Source: Candidatus Sumerlaeaceae bacterium
Lineage (GTDB): Bacteria; Sumerlaeota; Sumerlaeia; Sumerlaeales; Sumerlaeaceae
Length of the DNA: 64,000 bases
Assembly: GCA_051003195.1 (NCBI GenBank)
Contig: JBPCLP010000020.1
Span: 96,001-160,000, forward strand
Direction: 5' to 3'
Each line of letters begins with the position of its first letter. The stretch's first letter is position 1. Below, one piece after another: positions 47,993-57,587 of the stretch. A model generated the notes under the pieces. It was given only the letters and a program-made list of their open reading frames with translations. It ran no database searches and was not told where the DNA came from. A program made the translations under genes and the position numbers.

Positions 47993-48847
47993 TTAGCGCT
48001 TTCGCGGCGCTGTAGGCTTCCGTGGAGGTCCGGTTTTGGAAGATTGCCAGATAGATTCTCTGCCGTCGGACCACTTCGCCTTAAGCTTCGTGACTTCACG
48101 CAACATGTTTGTGGTTTCTTCTGTACCGCGATGGAGGACGGTAAACGTGGTGATGTACTCCCTGCCGCTCCATTCGAACTGTTTTCCTGTTAATGGATTA
48201 ATTGCGCTTAGCGGATGCGGTGTGGGCGCCTTCCGTGGCGTGGCGCCAGGGGCTCGCGCTACAGGCGTAAAAGCACCCATCCGCTCCATAAACGGAATTG
48301 CCGCGATTCGCCTGGCCTGTTCCTCGGGATCCGGTCCGGCCCATAAGCCACGCTTAGCAGCCTTCGCTTCCTGGGCATAGGAGGTGAATTCCTGCACGCT
48401 TTCAAAGGGATGGGACTTATCGAGAGTTGCATAGCCCTGCCGAAGAAGTTCCGCATTCAGGAAAGTGCCGTCCTGCAGATACACGTATGCCAGAGTGCGC
48501 CCTGATACATCTGTTTGCCGTTCGTCGTAGTAAATCCTTATCAACTTTCCCTCACATACCTTCTGTAGAAAGTGCAGGGTCTCTGTTGAGTGGTACTCGT
48601 TCGCTACTGCATCATGGCTTATGTATGTAGGAACCCGGACACCCAGCAGTTTAACTTCTTCGTCCGCCGGGAGCTGGAGAATGCCTCCCGACCCAATCCT
48701 GAGCACTTCGCACAAACGCCGGGCGGGAGGCAAGGGCGTCTGCGTGGGCCATACGTAAGGGGTCGCCTTGGCGGAGGTAGTCGACGGGGCTGCAGGCGAT
48801 TCTATGGGTAAGCAGCCGAGAGCTAAGACAAGGAGAACCATTCGCAT
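47993..48847 (-). CDS. Exported thermonuclease (SNase)-like protein, apparently catalytically degenerate
   Basis: GRTLAYVYL.DG.FLNAELLRQGYA and AKAAKRGLW; the expected DGD and DxPE metal ligands are absent. Confidence 0.8.
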   Translation of the reverse strand: MRMVLLVLALGCLPIESPAAPSTTSAKATPYVWPTQTPLPPARRLCEVLRIGSGGILQLPADEEVKLLGVRVPTYISHDAVANEYHSTETLHFLQKVCEGKLIRIYYDERQTDVSGRTLAYVYLQDGTFLNAELLRQGYATLDKSHPFESVQEFTSYAQEAKAAKRGLWAGPDPEEQARRIAAIPFMERMGAFTPVARAPGATPRKAPTPHPLSAINPLTGKQFEWSGREYITTFTVLHRGTEETTNMLREVTKLKAKWSDGRESIWQSSKTGPPRKPTAPRKR

Positions 48848-49142
48848 GATATCATGCGCTCTAAAAGACAGAGCGCATGCAATAAAAAGCGCGGAGTTAC
48901 TGGGACATCGGAGAGCGTCTCCTCCGCACCGCAACGATCAAACTTTCTCACGGAAGGTCTCATCAGCGCGGCACGTCGAGCCACGGCCCTCATCCGGAGT
49001 TCCCGCACACACCAGCGCACATTCGCCCAAAAATCCTTTTCGACTTTATTGGAGTTAGCCCACCCTAAGGTGACGCCAGGGAAGTGACACGCCCTCCACA
49101 ACTGGTGTATTCGTGCCTTCGTAGTAAGCTGAACGTCGTTCT

Positions 49143-49481
49143 TTGAAAACTATGCAGCCCGAACGCCGCGATCGACCGCAAAGGGACTTCTGCGCCCAAT
49201 CCGCGTGGCATTTTACGTTTTTCGTCTGGCGGGAAAAGCCGCCCATCGCGTAAGGAAGCCGGAAATCCACTGCCCCCGCGGATTCTTACGCGAGGATTAC
49301 CGTTTTTCAAGTGGCGAAATTACCCCATTTTCGCCAACTTGATTTATCTGCAAGCCTTTCAAGCTTCTACGCCGCAAACTTGAAAAAAACTTGAAAAACT
49401 TGAAAACTTGAAAAGCCTCCACCGCGGCCGCCCGCACCCTCCGCCCTTCATATCATTCGTGGTGATTCGTGCGATTCGTGG
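49143..49481. repeat. Dispersed ~330-bp non-coding element, copy 2
   Basis: Direct repeat of 23796-24128, ending in three ATTCGTG units (49455, 49465, 49474). Confidence 0.92.
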
Positions 49482-49536
49482 ATAAAAATTACCGCCGTAT
49501 CGCACCCAAAACCCCAAGATATCCACAGCATTTGTT

Positions 49537-50757
49537 TTAGTCGTCGGTCCGTTTGCTGGTGGTGTCGTTGTGTTGCGAAGCTGCATCAAGTTCAGCTTTG
49601 AGTGTTTCATATTTGAAAACCATCGCATGGCGGAAGCCGACGCCTTCCAGCACCTTGCGTTGATCCACATAGGACGGATGCGGGCTGAAGTGTCTGCCGA
49701 CCGCGAGTCCGGGAACGCATGCAACCGATGCCCCCTGGTGCACGCTTCGAATTTCCCTGAGCTCCTTTTCCAGCCCGGTCAGGCTGGGACTGTAGCACAT
49801 CGGATTCGAGACGTCCAGGTATTGCCGTGATACCCATTGGGACCAATTCTGGTATTTGCGATTCGTGCCGCGCGTCTCCCGGTAACCCGGGAAATACGCG
49901 GACGTGACCAGCAGGCGCCGCCCGTTCGCCACCCCGTGCTCACGCGTACGGTACGATAGATCGTGCACAAGTGTCGTCACGAGGTCTTCACGATAGCTTA
50001 CCCATTTCATCCAGTCGCTGTCGCGGTCCGTGTCTTCTTTCAGCTGCAGCGGATCGATGCCGGTTCGTGACTGAAATTCCTCCACGGCTGCGGAGTTATA
50101 GCCGAAATCCGCAGCGGAATTATAGCGGATGTAGTCCAGGTTGATTCCGTCAATCGAACGCGAACAGAGTTCATCGACGAGGGAAAGCAGGTGCCCCTGC
50201 ACCTGGGGCAGGGCTGGCGAAACAAAGATACTGCGGTCGCCTGCTGTATGAAGGTCTCCGTCTTTTGTGATCTCGATCCAGTCGGGATGAAGTTGCAGCA
50301 GTGTCGGGGTGGTTGCATCCTCTGTCGAGTTGTGCCAATATAATGTATGCACCCATGCAACGACTCGAATCTGATGCCTGGCTGCTTCCGTGCAGATGTG
50401 TTCCAACCAGTCTTTTCCGTCTTCGGTGCGCGGCTCGAACGTGTCGCTTGGGAAGATCGTTTTACATCCCCAGAAGGATTCTACGTAGAGGTTCCGAAAC
50501 TTCCACTTCTCCAGGTCGGAGAGTACTTCGGTGATGGAAGTTTCGTTAAGGACAGGACGCCACCACACTCCGCTTCCGATCTGCGCGGCTGTCAGCGGGC
50601 CGGTGGTGGGAAGGGGCTCCAGATCGGGGCGCGCTGTCGCCGACTCGGCGCGAGGGGAGTCTTCTTTGTCCGCAGCGCAAAGGGGCGTGCAGCAGCTTAT
50701 TGAAACGAGCAATAGCAGCAAGACGCGGCTGAAATAAGAAACACGGTCCAAAAGCAT
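49537..50757 (-). CDS. Glycoside hydrolase-like 10 (YddW/DUF187-like) exported protein; start uncertain
   Basis: IRVVAW, HPDW, SPALPQVQ, DGINLDYIRY, QNW..W and PMCY. Confidence 0.78.
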   Translation of the reverse strand: MLLDRVSYFSRVLLLLLVSISCCTPLCAADKEDSPRAESATARPDLEPLPTTGPLTAAQIGSGVWWRPVLNETSITEVLSDLEKWKFRNLYVESFWGCKTIFPSDTFEPRTEDGKDWLEHICTEAARHQIRVVAWVHTLYWHNSTEDATTPTLLQLHPDWIEITKDGDLHTAGDRSIFVSPALPQVQGHLLSLVDELCSRSIDGINLDYIRYNSAADFGYNSAAVEEFQSRTGIDPLQLKEDTDRDSDWMKWVSYREDLVTTLVHDLSYRTREHGVANGRRLLVTSAYFPGYRETRGTNRKYQNWSQWVSRQYLDVSNPMCYSPSLTGLEKELREIRSVHQGASVACVPGLAVGRHFSPHPSYVDQRKVLEGVGFRHAMVFKYETLKAELDAASQHNDTTSKRTDD

Positions 50758-50834
50758 TTGAAGCAACGCATCCGACGCTGTGCCAGTCATGCAACAGGAA
50801 ATACCGAAAGTGGAAATTGGCATGCTATATCACT

Positions 50835-50854
50835 ATATCCGGATGCGTGAATAT
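50835..50854. promoter_or_regulatory. Candidate SahR operator
   Basis: Imperfect 20-bp palindrome ATATCCGGATGCGTGAATAT about 30 nt upstream of the sahR-like ATG. Confidence 0.45.
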
Positions 50855-50885
50855 AACGCTTGGATGCCTGCTAGCTCATTCACCA

Positions 50886-51911
50886 ATGAAGCGCCGTTCC
50901 CTAACTCCACTTAGCTTTCTTTTTCGCGCACTGGGCGACCCGGTCCGGTTGCGGCTGCTGCATCTGTTATCGGTTGAAGAGCTGAGCGTGGGCGAGCTGG
51001 TGCGCATCCTGGATCTGCCGCAGTCCTCGGTAAGCCGCCAGATTTCAGTGCTGCGCGAGCAGGGGTTGCTCTCGAGCAGGCCGGCGGGACCCGCAACCTA
51101 TTATCGCACAAACCTGGAGTCGGATGTTGGAGACAGTGAAACGGCGCTGCGGGATTCGCTCACCGATTTGCTGCGCCATGCGGAGCTGGCTCCGGCCGAT
51201 CAGCGTGCCCTGGAGCGGGTACTCGCCGGGCGCGAATCTGCCGGTGAGCAGTTCTTTGACCGCATCGGGCTTGGCTGGGACTCGCTACGCGAGGAATGTT
51301 TCGGTACGACGTTTCACCTGGAGGCTTTCATTGCCCTGCTTCCCAAAAGCTGGACAGTGGCTGACCTGGGAACCGGTACCGGGTACCTGCTGCCGATTCT
51401 TGGCCGGCATTTTAACCGGGTGATTGGCATCGACAACAGCCATGCGATGCTGGAACTGGCCCGTAAACGAGTGGAAGAAGCTGATGTGGCACGGCGCGTG
51501 GAATTGAGTGAAGGAGCGCTCGAGAAGCTGCCGCTGAAAAACGCGGAAGTGGATCTCGCGATTGCACTGCTGATGCTCCACCATCTTCCGGACGTGGAGA
51601 TCGCGTTGCGGGAAGTAAGGCGCGTGCTGAAACCGGGCGGTAAGCTCCTGGTGGTCGAAATTCATGAGCACCAGAACGAGGCGTTTCGTGTCCGCATGGC
51701 CGACCGCCGGCCTGGGATCGCACCGGCTCAACTGGAAGGCTGGATGCGCGACGCAAATTTAGAAGTCGGAACGATGTGGGACATTCCAAGCGCCGAGCAC
51801 GCTGAGCATGAGCTGGCGCCGGTGCCGCAACTTTATGTCTCCATCGCAGGTTTAGCAGTACCCACCGAAGCAAAGCATAATGCAGAGCAGGTGGCGCTGA
51901 CCGGCGCATGA
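50886..51911 (+). CDS. sahR: ArsR HTH plus SAM-binding methyltransferase-like regulator (SahR-like)
   Basis: FRALGDPVRLRLL...QSSVSRQ HTH; VADLGTGTG; directly upstream of ahcY. Confidence 0.8.
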   Translation: MKRRSLTPLSFLFRALGDPVRLRLLHLLSVEELSVGELVRILDLPQSSVSRQISVLREQGLLSSRPAGPATYYRTNLESDVGDSETALRDSLTDLLRHAELAPADQRALERVLAGRESAGEQFFDRIGLGWDSLREECFGTTFHLEAFIALLPKSWTVADLGTGTGYLLPILGRHFNRVIGIDNSHAMLELARKRVEEADVARRVELSEGALEKLPLKNAEVDLAIALLMLHHLPDVEIALREVRRVLKPGGKLLVVEIHEHQNEAFRVRMADRRPGIAPAQLEGWMRDANLEVGTMWDIPSAEHAEHELAPVPQLYVSIAGLAVPTEAKHNAEQVALTGA

Positions 51912-51953
51912 CGCGCCGGCGGCACAGCACATTGGAACAATGAAAGGGTACCC

Positions 51954-53387
51954 ATGAGCCTCGCAGTAGCCAACGATTACCACGTAAAAGACATTTCGCA
52001 GGCGGATTTTGGTCGCGACGAAATCACGATTGCCGAGCACGAGATGCCGGGCCTGATGTCGGTTCGCAAAGAGTACGCGGCGAGCAAGCCATTAGCGGGG
52101 TCGCGCATTACGGGATCGCTGCACATGACGATCCAGACGGCGGTGCTGATCGAAACACTGGCCGAGCTTGGCGCGGATGTACGCTGGGCGAGCTGCAACA
52201 TCTACTCAACACAGGACCACGCGGCTGCCGCAATCGCGGCGGCGGGAATTCCGGTGTTCGCTTTCAAAGGTGAAACGCTCGAGGAGTACTGGCAGCTGAC
52301 GAAGAAGGCGCTGGCGTTTCCTGAAGGAGGACCAACGATCCTCGTCGACGACGGCGGGGATGCGACGCTGCTGATTCATCGCGGTTCCGAGCGCGAGATC
52401 GAGTATGAGAAGACCGGCAAAAAGCCAGCCATCTGCACTGACAATGAAGAGATTCAGATTATCGACACGGTGCTGAACGACACGCTCGACGAGGACTCCA
52501 GCTATTGGCGCAACATGGCGAAAGACATCGTGGGCGTCAGCGAAGAAACGACAACCGGCGTGCATCGCCTGTATGAGATGGCAAAAGAAGGCCGCCTGCT
52601 GTTCCCGGCGATCAACGTGAACGATTCCGTTACGAAGTCGAAGTTTGATAACCTCTACGGATGCCGCGAGTCATTGGTGGACGCCATCAAGCGCGCGACG
52701 GATGTGATGATTGCCGGCAAGAAAGTCGTGGTGTGCGGCTACGGTGATGTTGGCAAAGGCTCAGTGCAAAGCTTCAAGGGACTTGGAGCCACGCTTTTCG
52801 TAACCGAGATCGATCCGATCAACGCGCTGCAGGCGTGCATGGAAGGTTACCAGGTCGTGACCATGGAAGACGCCTGCAAGTGGGGCGACATTTTCGTGAC
52901 CACCACCGGCAACGTTGACGTCATTACGGTGGAGCACATGAGCCAGATGAAGCACCAGGCAATTGTATGCAACATCGGCCATTTTGACTCCGAGATCCAG
53001 GTGAACGCGCTGTACAATGATCCGGCCCTGAAGGTGCACGAGATCAAGCCGCAGGTCGACCAGATCGAATGGTCGAACGGCAAGCGGATCACCGTGCTTG
53101 CGCGTGGGCGTCTCGTGAATCTCGGATGCGCAACCGGTCACCCGAGCTTTGTCATGAGCGCGAGTTTCACCAACCAGACCATCGCACAGATCGAACTGTG
53201 GCAGAATCGTGACACCGGCAAGTACCCACTCGGCGTGTACACGTTGCCGAAGGTGCTTGATGAGAAAGTCGCGCGGCTGCACCTCGACCACCTTGGTGCG
53301 AAGTTGACAAAGCTTTCGTCAAAGCAGGCAGCCTACATTGGCGTGCCGGCGGAAGGGCCGTTCAAGGCAGACCACTACCGCTACTAA
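51954..53387 (+). CDS. ahcY: S-adenosylhomocysteine hydrolase
   Basis: [46 protein letters not shown] and GHPSFVMS. Confidence 0.97.
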   Translation: MSLAVANDYHVKDISQADFGRDEITIAEHEMPGLMSVRKEYAASKPLAGSRITGSLHMTIQTAVLIETLAELGADVRWASCNIYSTQDHAAAAIAAAGIPVFAFKGETLEEYWQLTKKALAFPEGGPTILVDDGGDATLLIHRGSEREIEYEKTGKKPAICTDNEEIQIIDTVLNDTLDEDSSYWRNMAKDIVGVSEETTTGVHRLYEMAKEGRLLFPAINVNDSVTKSKFDNLYGCRESLVDAIKRATDVMIAGKKVVVCGYGDVGKGSVQSFKGLGATLFVTEIDPINALQACMEGYQVVTMEDACKWGDIFVTTTGNVDVITVEHMSQMKHQAIVCNIGHFDSEIQVNALYNDPALKVHEIKPQVDQIEWSNGKRITVLARGRLVNLGCATGHPSFVMSASFTNQTIAQIELWQNRDTGKYPLGVYTLPKVLDEKVARLHLDHLGAKLTKLSSKQAAYIGVPAEGPFKADHYRY

Positions 53388-53395
53388 CTGAATCG

Positions 53396-53429
53396 TTCCG
53401 GCAGCCCCCGTTTAGGGCTGCCGGAAAAA
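53396..53429. terminator. Stem-loop downstream of ahcY
   Basis: TTCCGGCAGCCC-N7-GGGCTGCCGGAA, a perfect 12-bp stem; the U-tract would be on the minus strand. Confidence 0.65.
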
Positions 53430-53493
53430 CAGTTGACGCACGATGGAAATCGAACCTCCTTCACAAAGATTTTCGGGGAGGGGTTGTTTTTTT

Positions 53494-53877
53494 ATGCCTA
53501 GCAAGCCTGAGCTGGTACTGGTGATGGACGACGAGCCCGCCGTTTGTGACTCCATCAAGGCATTGCTACTGGGAAGAGGCTACCGTGTGATCACAACGGG
53601 CAGCTGTGAGGACGCGATTGATCTGGTCAGCCATTTTTATCCGAACCTGGTGCTCGCTGATGTAAACATGCCGTGCCAGTCGGGTCTGGATTTCATCCAG
53701 GAACTGGTGGTGCTTGGACTGCTGGAAGATGTGCCTGTTATTTTTGTCTCCGCATTGGCGCGCGTTCAGGATATCGAGGCTGGGATGCGCGCGGGCGCGA
53801 AAGACTACATCACAAAGCCATTTACGCCGGAAACTTTGTTCGAAAGCGTTGAGAAACACATCCGCAAGGCGGCGTAA
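53494..53877 (+). CDS. Single-domain response regulator (CheY-like)
   Basis: VLVMDDE, LADVNMP..SG, VSA and DYITKPF. Confidence 0.9.
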   Translation: MPSKPELVLVMDDEPAVCDSIKALLLGRGYRVITTGSCEDAIDLVSHFYPNLVLADVNMPCQSGLDFIQELVVLGLLEDVPVIFVSALARVQDIEAGMRAGAKDYITKPFTPETLFESVEKHIRKAA

Positions 53878-53909
53878 GAACTATCCGGCGGTTTCCGCAT
53901 TGCGGGTAC

Positions 53910-54656
53910 TTACTTGTACCTTCTCCCTTCCGGCTCCACCTGTGTCCGCACGATTTCACCCTCGCTTACGGTGCCGTTCGTCGCATCGTAAATTGCAAAC
54001 GGGCTGAGGTCCAGGGTGTAAATGGCACTGAAACGCTGGTCGGGTCCAAAGCTGTAGAGGCGCCATGTCCCGAAAACGGATGTGTCGGCGTTGAGGAATC
54101 CGCCCGCCTGGTCCACTTCCGCAAACTGTCGAACGTTATGGTAGACGAAAGCTGCATCGAAAGGATTGCCGCTGGCGAATGGCTTCCCGACATCGGGTGT
54201 GGCGTTGTCGTCAGTCTGGTGCGCGAGCACTTTCGTTTTAAAGGCATCTGACGGGACGGAGCTGAGATAGGCAATCGGCGTGGTGATGTTCTGCGGCGCG
54301 CCCCGCCATGCATTCAGCCGTACACTTCCATAGGCATTAAGGCGATTCTGTTCCTGGCCCGTGCCATCATCGGGGCCAAGCATGGGCGGGTACATGGTGT
54401 TGTCGGCGGCATAGCTTTCCAGGGCGACTGAGAGGGTGCGCATATCCGCCCTCACCCTCGAAATTTTTGCGCGCGTGTAAGCGTCCAGGAAATTGGGTAT
54501 GGCGATGGCGGCGAGAATCGCGATGATGGCGACCACGATGAGCAGCTCGATGAGGGTAAAACCAGGGGAGCGCAAAGCTACCGCGAAGAGGTGTGGAGCT
54601 TCCCGGATGTGGACGGCTGCGCCACGCTTTGGTGCCCATGTTTTATGACAGCTCAT
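53910..54656 (-). CDS. Prepilin-type N-terminal cleavage/methylation protein
   Basis: G/FTLIELLIVVAIIAILAAIAIPNF, TTPIAYL, SFGPD and YDATNGTVSEG; start uncertain. Confidence 0.88.
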   Translation of the reverse strand: MSCHKTWAPKRGAAVHIREAPHLFAVALRSPGFTLIELLIVVAIIAILAAIAIPNFLDAYTRAKISRVRADMRTLSVALESYAADNTMYPPMLGPDDGTGQEQNRLNAYGSVRLNAWRGAPQNITTPIAYLSSVPSDAFKTKVLAHQTDDNATPDVGKPFASGNPFDAAFVYHNVRQFAEVDQAGGFLNADTSVFGTWRLYSFGPDQRFSAIYTLDLSPFAIYDATNGTVSEGEIVRTQVEPEGRRYK

Positions 54657-55030
54657 TTTACTACCCGGTTCGTTATACCATCACCCTGGTCTGAGTCGTC
54701 ACCGATACCGTACACAACCGGCTGTTGACAACTGTGTTTGGGCGCAACGGTAACTCGCGTGTTCTTTGTTGCGCTGGCATTTTACCGTATCTCTCCAGCC
54801 AGGAGTAGACTTCACTGTGGAGGCGCATTCCGTTGGGCGCTCGGCTCGCCTGGTGCGTGCGAGTGTTGGACCGGTCTGTTTATCCCGGCTCTGTTGTGAC
54901 TCGTTGTCCCGGGTAGCGGTTTTCTCTCCGCGGCCTTATGCCGCCCTGCCTGATGAAAAACGCGCTGCCCGTTACCTCGCTTTGTGCAGCACAGACATCG
55001 CTCTGGCGCTGCCGACAGGAGACAACTCTC

Positions 55031-56041
55031 ATGCTTCACTGCCTGCGTACGGCCGTTCTGGCCGCCGCTTTTTCCGTCGTTTCTATCCCAGCATTCTGTG
55101 CAACACCGGATCTGCCCAGCTGCGATAGCTGGTATCCCGCAGCTTCGTGTAACTACGAAGTTTCGAACCGTCCAAGCAGCTTTGCGATCAGCTATGTCGT
55201 TATCCATAAAGCGCAGGGCACCGCTTCAAGCGCAGCATCCTGGTTCCAGAACTGCCAGGCAAACGCCAGCACGCATTATGCTTTTAACAACAGCACCGGT
55301 TACTGTTACCAGATGGTGTACGAGAAGGACATCGCATGGCATGGTGCAAACTACTGGTACGCCCAACGGTCGGTTGGAATCGAGCATGGCGGCTATGATA
55401 ACTCCAACGACACCGCAACGGTCTGCTACGACGAAAGCGCGCTGGAGACCAAGAGCTGCATCGTCTACTACACGGTTCCCTACAGCCGCAGTTATATCAT
55501 CGGACACCAGGAAATTCCTGGCTGTGGAACACCGGGTTATGGCGGCCAAACCTGCTCCGGAGACCCGGGCCAGTACTGGAACTGGACCTATTATATGAGC
55601 AAATGTAATCCGAATCCCGTGACTCCGACAAACACGATTGTGGATAACGCTAACGCCGGCTTCGCAGCTTCGGCAAACTGGACGACCGGCACTTCTGCCG
55701 CGGACAAGTATGGAACCAACTACCGCTTCCGTAACACGGCAAATGGGGTAAGCGACGCTGCGACTTTCTCGACAAGCCTTGCAAACGGCGGCAGCTATAA
55801 TGTTTACCTGTGGTGGAGTCAGGGAACCAATCGGGCCAACTCCGTTCCGATTGTAATCACGCGCTCGGGTGGAACGGATACCGCATACGTAAACATGCAA
55901 TCCGGCGGCGGGTTATGGAACCTGCTGGGCAACACCGGGCGAACACTCTCCTCAGGTGCTAACAGCGTCAAAGTGTCGGTATGGACCACGGCGGCGGGTG
56001 TGGCGATCGCCGATGCCGTCAAATGGTACGGACCGTATTAG
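55031..56041 (+). CDS. Exported N-acetylmuramoyl-L-alanine amidase (Amidase_2) with C-terminal beta-sandwich domain
   Basis: Signal peptide; VVIH, ASTHY, IAWHGAN, SVGIEH, IIGHQE and DPG; C-terminal IVDN...IADAVKW. Confidence 0.85.
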   Translation: MLHCLRTAVLAAAFSVVSIPAFCATPDLPSCDSWYPAASCNYEVSNRPSSFAISYVVIHKAQGTASSAASWFQNCQANASTHYAFNNSTGYCYQMVYEKDIAWHGANYWYAQRSVGIEHGGYDNSNDTATVCYDESALETKSCIVYYTVPYSRSYIIGHQEIPGCGTPGYGGQTCSGDPGQYWNWTYYMSKCNPNPVTPTNTIVDNANAGFAASANWTTGTSAADKYGTNYRFRNTANGVSDAATFSTSLANGGSYNVYLWWSQGTNRANSVPIVITRSGGTDTAYVNMQSGGGLWNLLGNTGRTLSSGANSVKVSVWTTAAGVAIADAVKWYGPY

Positions 56042-56076
56042 CCGAAAAGCTTACTGTATGTGAGTTATCGTTTTTT

Positions 56077-56103
56077 AAGAGGGCCATTCAGGCCCTCTTT
56101 TTT
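56077..56103 (+). terminator. Rho-independent terminator
   Basis: AAGAGGGCC-attca-GGCCCTCTT followed by a T run, just after the amidase stop. Confidence 0.8.
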
Positions 56104-56200
56104 CAATTCAGTTATTGGGACTGCAAGCGTTGGACCGGTGGCAAAGCGCTTCGGCTCAGCCGTTCGGTAGTAAGGCACGCATCTCGCCTATCCGTTCCTT

Positions 56201-56794
56201 ATGCATATGCATGAGTGTTGGCAGACGCCCGAAATCTCTCGCAGCCGTGTCGCTGCACATCTGGTGCTTGGGCTGATTATCCTCGCGTCGGTTGCCTGGA
56301 CGATCAATGTCCTCGGTCGTCATTTTATTGAAATCGATCGCCTGCGCGAGTGGGTGCGCGGTTTCGGGCCGGCTGCACCGCTGGTTTTCATTGCGGTGTT
56401 CACGGCCGCGCATCTTGTCTTCCTTCCGGTTGCGCCCTTTGTTGTTGCCGCAATCGCGGCATTTCATTGGCCGGTCGCCATAGCAACGATTTTGGTATCT
56501 CATAACCTGGCCGCGAACCTGGGTTACGCGCTACCGTCCATAGTCGGAAAAGAGCGGATGCATCGCATTTGGCAGCGTCATCCCAAGCTGGCGGAGTTCG
56601 ACAGGAAGATCTGCGAACGCGGGTTTGTAACGGTACTTGCGTTGCGGATAGTGCCAGCTCTTCCGTTCAGTGTGGTCAGCTATGTGTCCGCGCTGAGTTG
56701 TATCCGCTGGCGTGATTATGCGCTGGCGAGCTTTGTTGGATTTCTGCCCGGCTCGATCGTCATGGCTTTTGTGCTAAGCCACGGCACGTCCTGA
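56201..56794 (+). CDS. TVP38/TMEM64 (DedA/VTT) family membrane protein
   Basis: LRIVPALPFSVVSY...IRWRDYALASFVGFLPG. Confidence 0.85.
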   Translation: MHMHECWQTPEISRSRVAAHLVLGLIILASVAWTINVLGRHFIEIDRLREWVRGFGPAAPLVFIAVFTAAHLVFLPVAPFVVAAIAAFHWPVAIATILVSHNLAANLGYALPSIVGKERMHRIWQRHPKLAEFDRKICERGFVTVLALRIVPALPFSVVSYVSALSCIRWRDYALASFVGFLPGSIVMAFVLSHGTS

Positions 56795-57527
56795 TAAAAT
56801 CTGATACAGTTCGCGTAAACTCCTCCGGGTGCGAGTAATGGACAGTGTGTGCGGCTTCGGGAATTGTCACGAGCCGGGCGTCCGGCAGCAGACCGGTAAC
56901 CAGCTCAGCCCAATGTTGCGGGACAATGGGGTCGCGGCCACCGTGCATTACGAGGGTTGGCACCTTGAATTGCCAGAGTTTCTCTTCAATGCGGTCTTCG
57001 CGGGCATGCACAAAAGTGCGCCAAAACCGGCGTGGACCGAAGCGTAAGTAGTCCATCAGCGCGATTCCGATTTCGGAAAAAGGCTCGCGGCTTGCGTCGA
57101 GTGCCAGTCTAAACAATTGCCGCATTGCAGAGCGGGCCTGCGCTTCAATCGTGGGGCCAAGCAGCGTGGCGGATCTTAACAGGTGGGGATATCGCACACC
57201 CAGCTCAATTACAACCTGGCATCCGAAGGAATTTCCAATCCAATGCACGGGCTGCAGCCCTGCTTGTGTGATCCATTCAGCGAGGACGTCCGCGAGTTGC
57301 GCCACGTTAAGGACGTGGCGGGGCTTTGCGCTGCGGCCCGAACCAGGAAGATCCGGAATCAACACCGCGAAGTCGCGCGCGAGGAGTTCTGCCGATCTCA
57401 GGAAATAAGTCCCCGAGACGCCCAGCCCATGCACCAGCACGACGGGTTCACCGTCGCCTGCCGAGCGAACGTACATCTTTCCCCACACGGTGTCGAGCAT
57501 GTCGCCTTTAAACACGTGCTTTTGCAT
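56760..57527 (-). CDS. Alpha/beta hydrolase
   Basis: LVHG, DLPGSGRS, nucleophile elbow GNSFG, D (GRDP) and H (AAH). Confidence 0.9.
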   Translation of the reverse strand: MQKHVFKGDMLDTVWGKMYVRSAGDGEPVVLVHGLGVSGTYFLRSAELLARDFAVLIPDLPGSGRSAKPRHVLNVAQLADVLAEWITQAGLQPVHWIGNSFGCQVVIELGVRYPHLLRSATLLGPTIEAQARSAMRQLFRLALDASREPFSEIGIALMDYLRFGPRRFWRTFVHAREDRIEEKLWQFKVPTLVMHGGRDPIVPQHWAELVTGLLPDARLVTIPEAAHTVHYSHPEEFTRTVSDFIRTCRGLAQKP

Positions 57528-57587
57528 GGGACTTTGTACCGGCGAACCGCGTGCCGGTGAGGATTGGATACTTATATCGCTTTCGGT

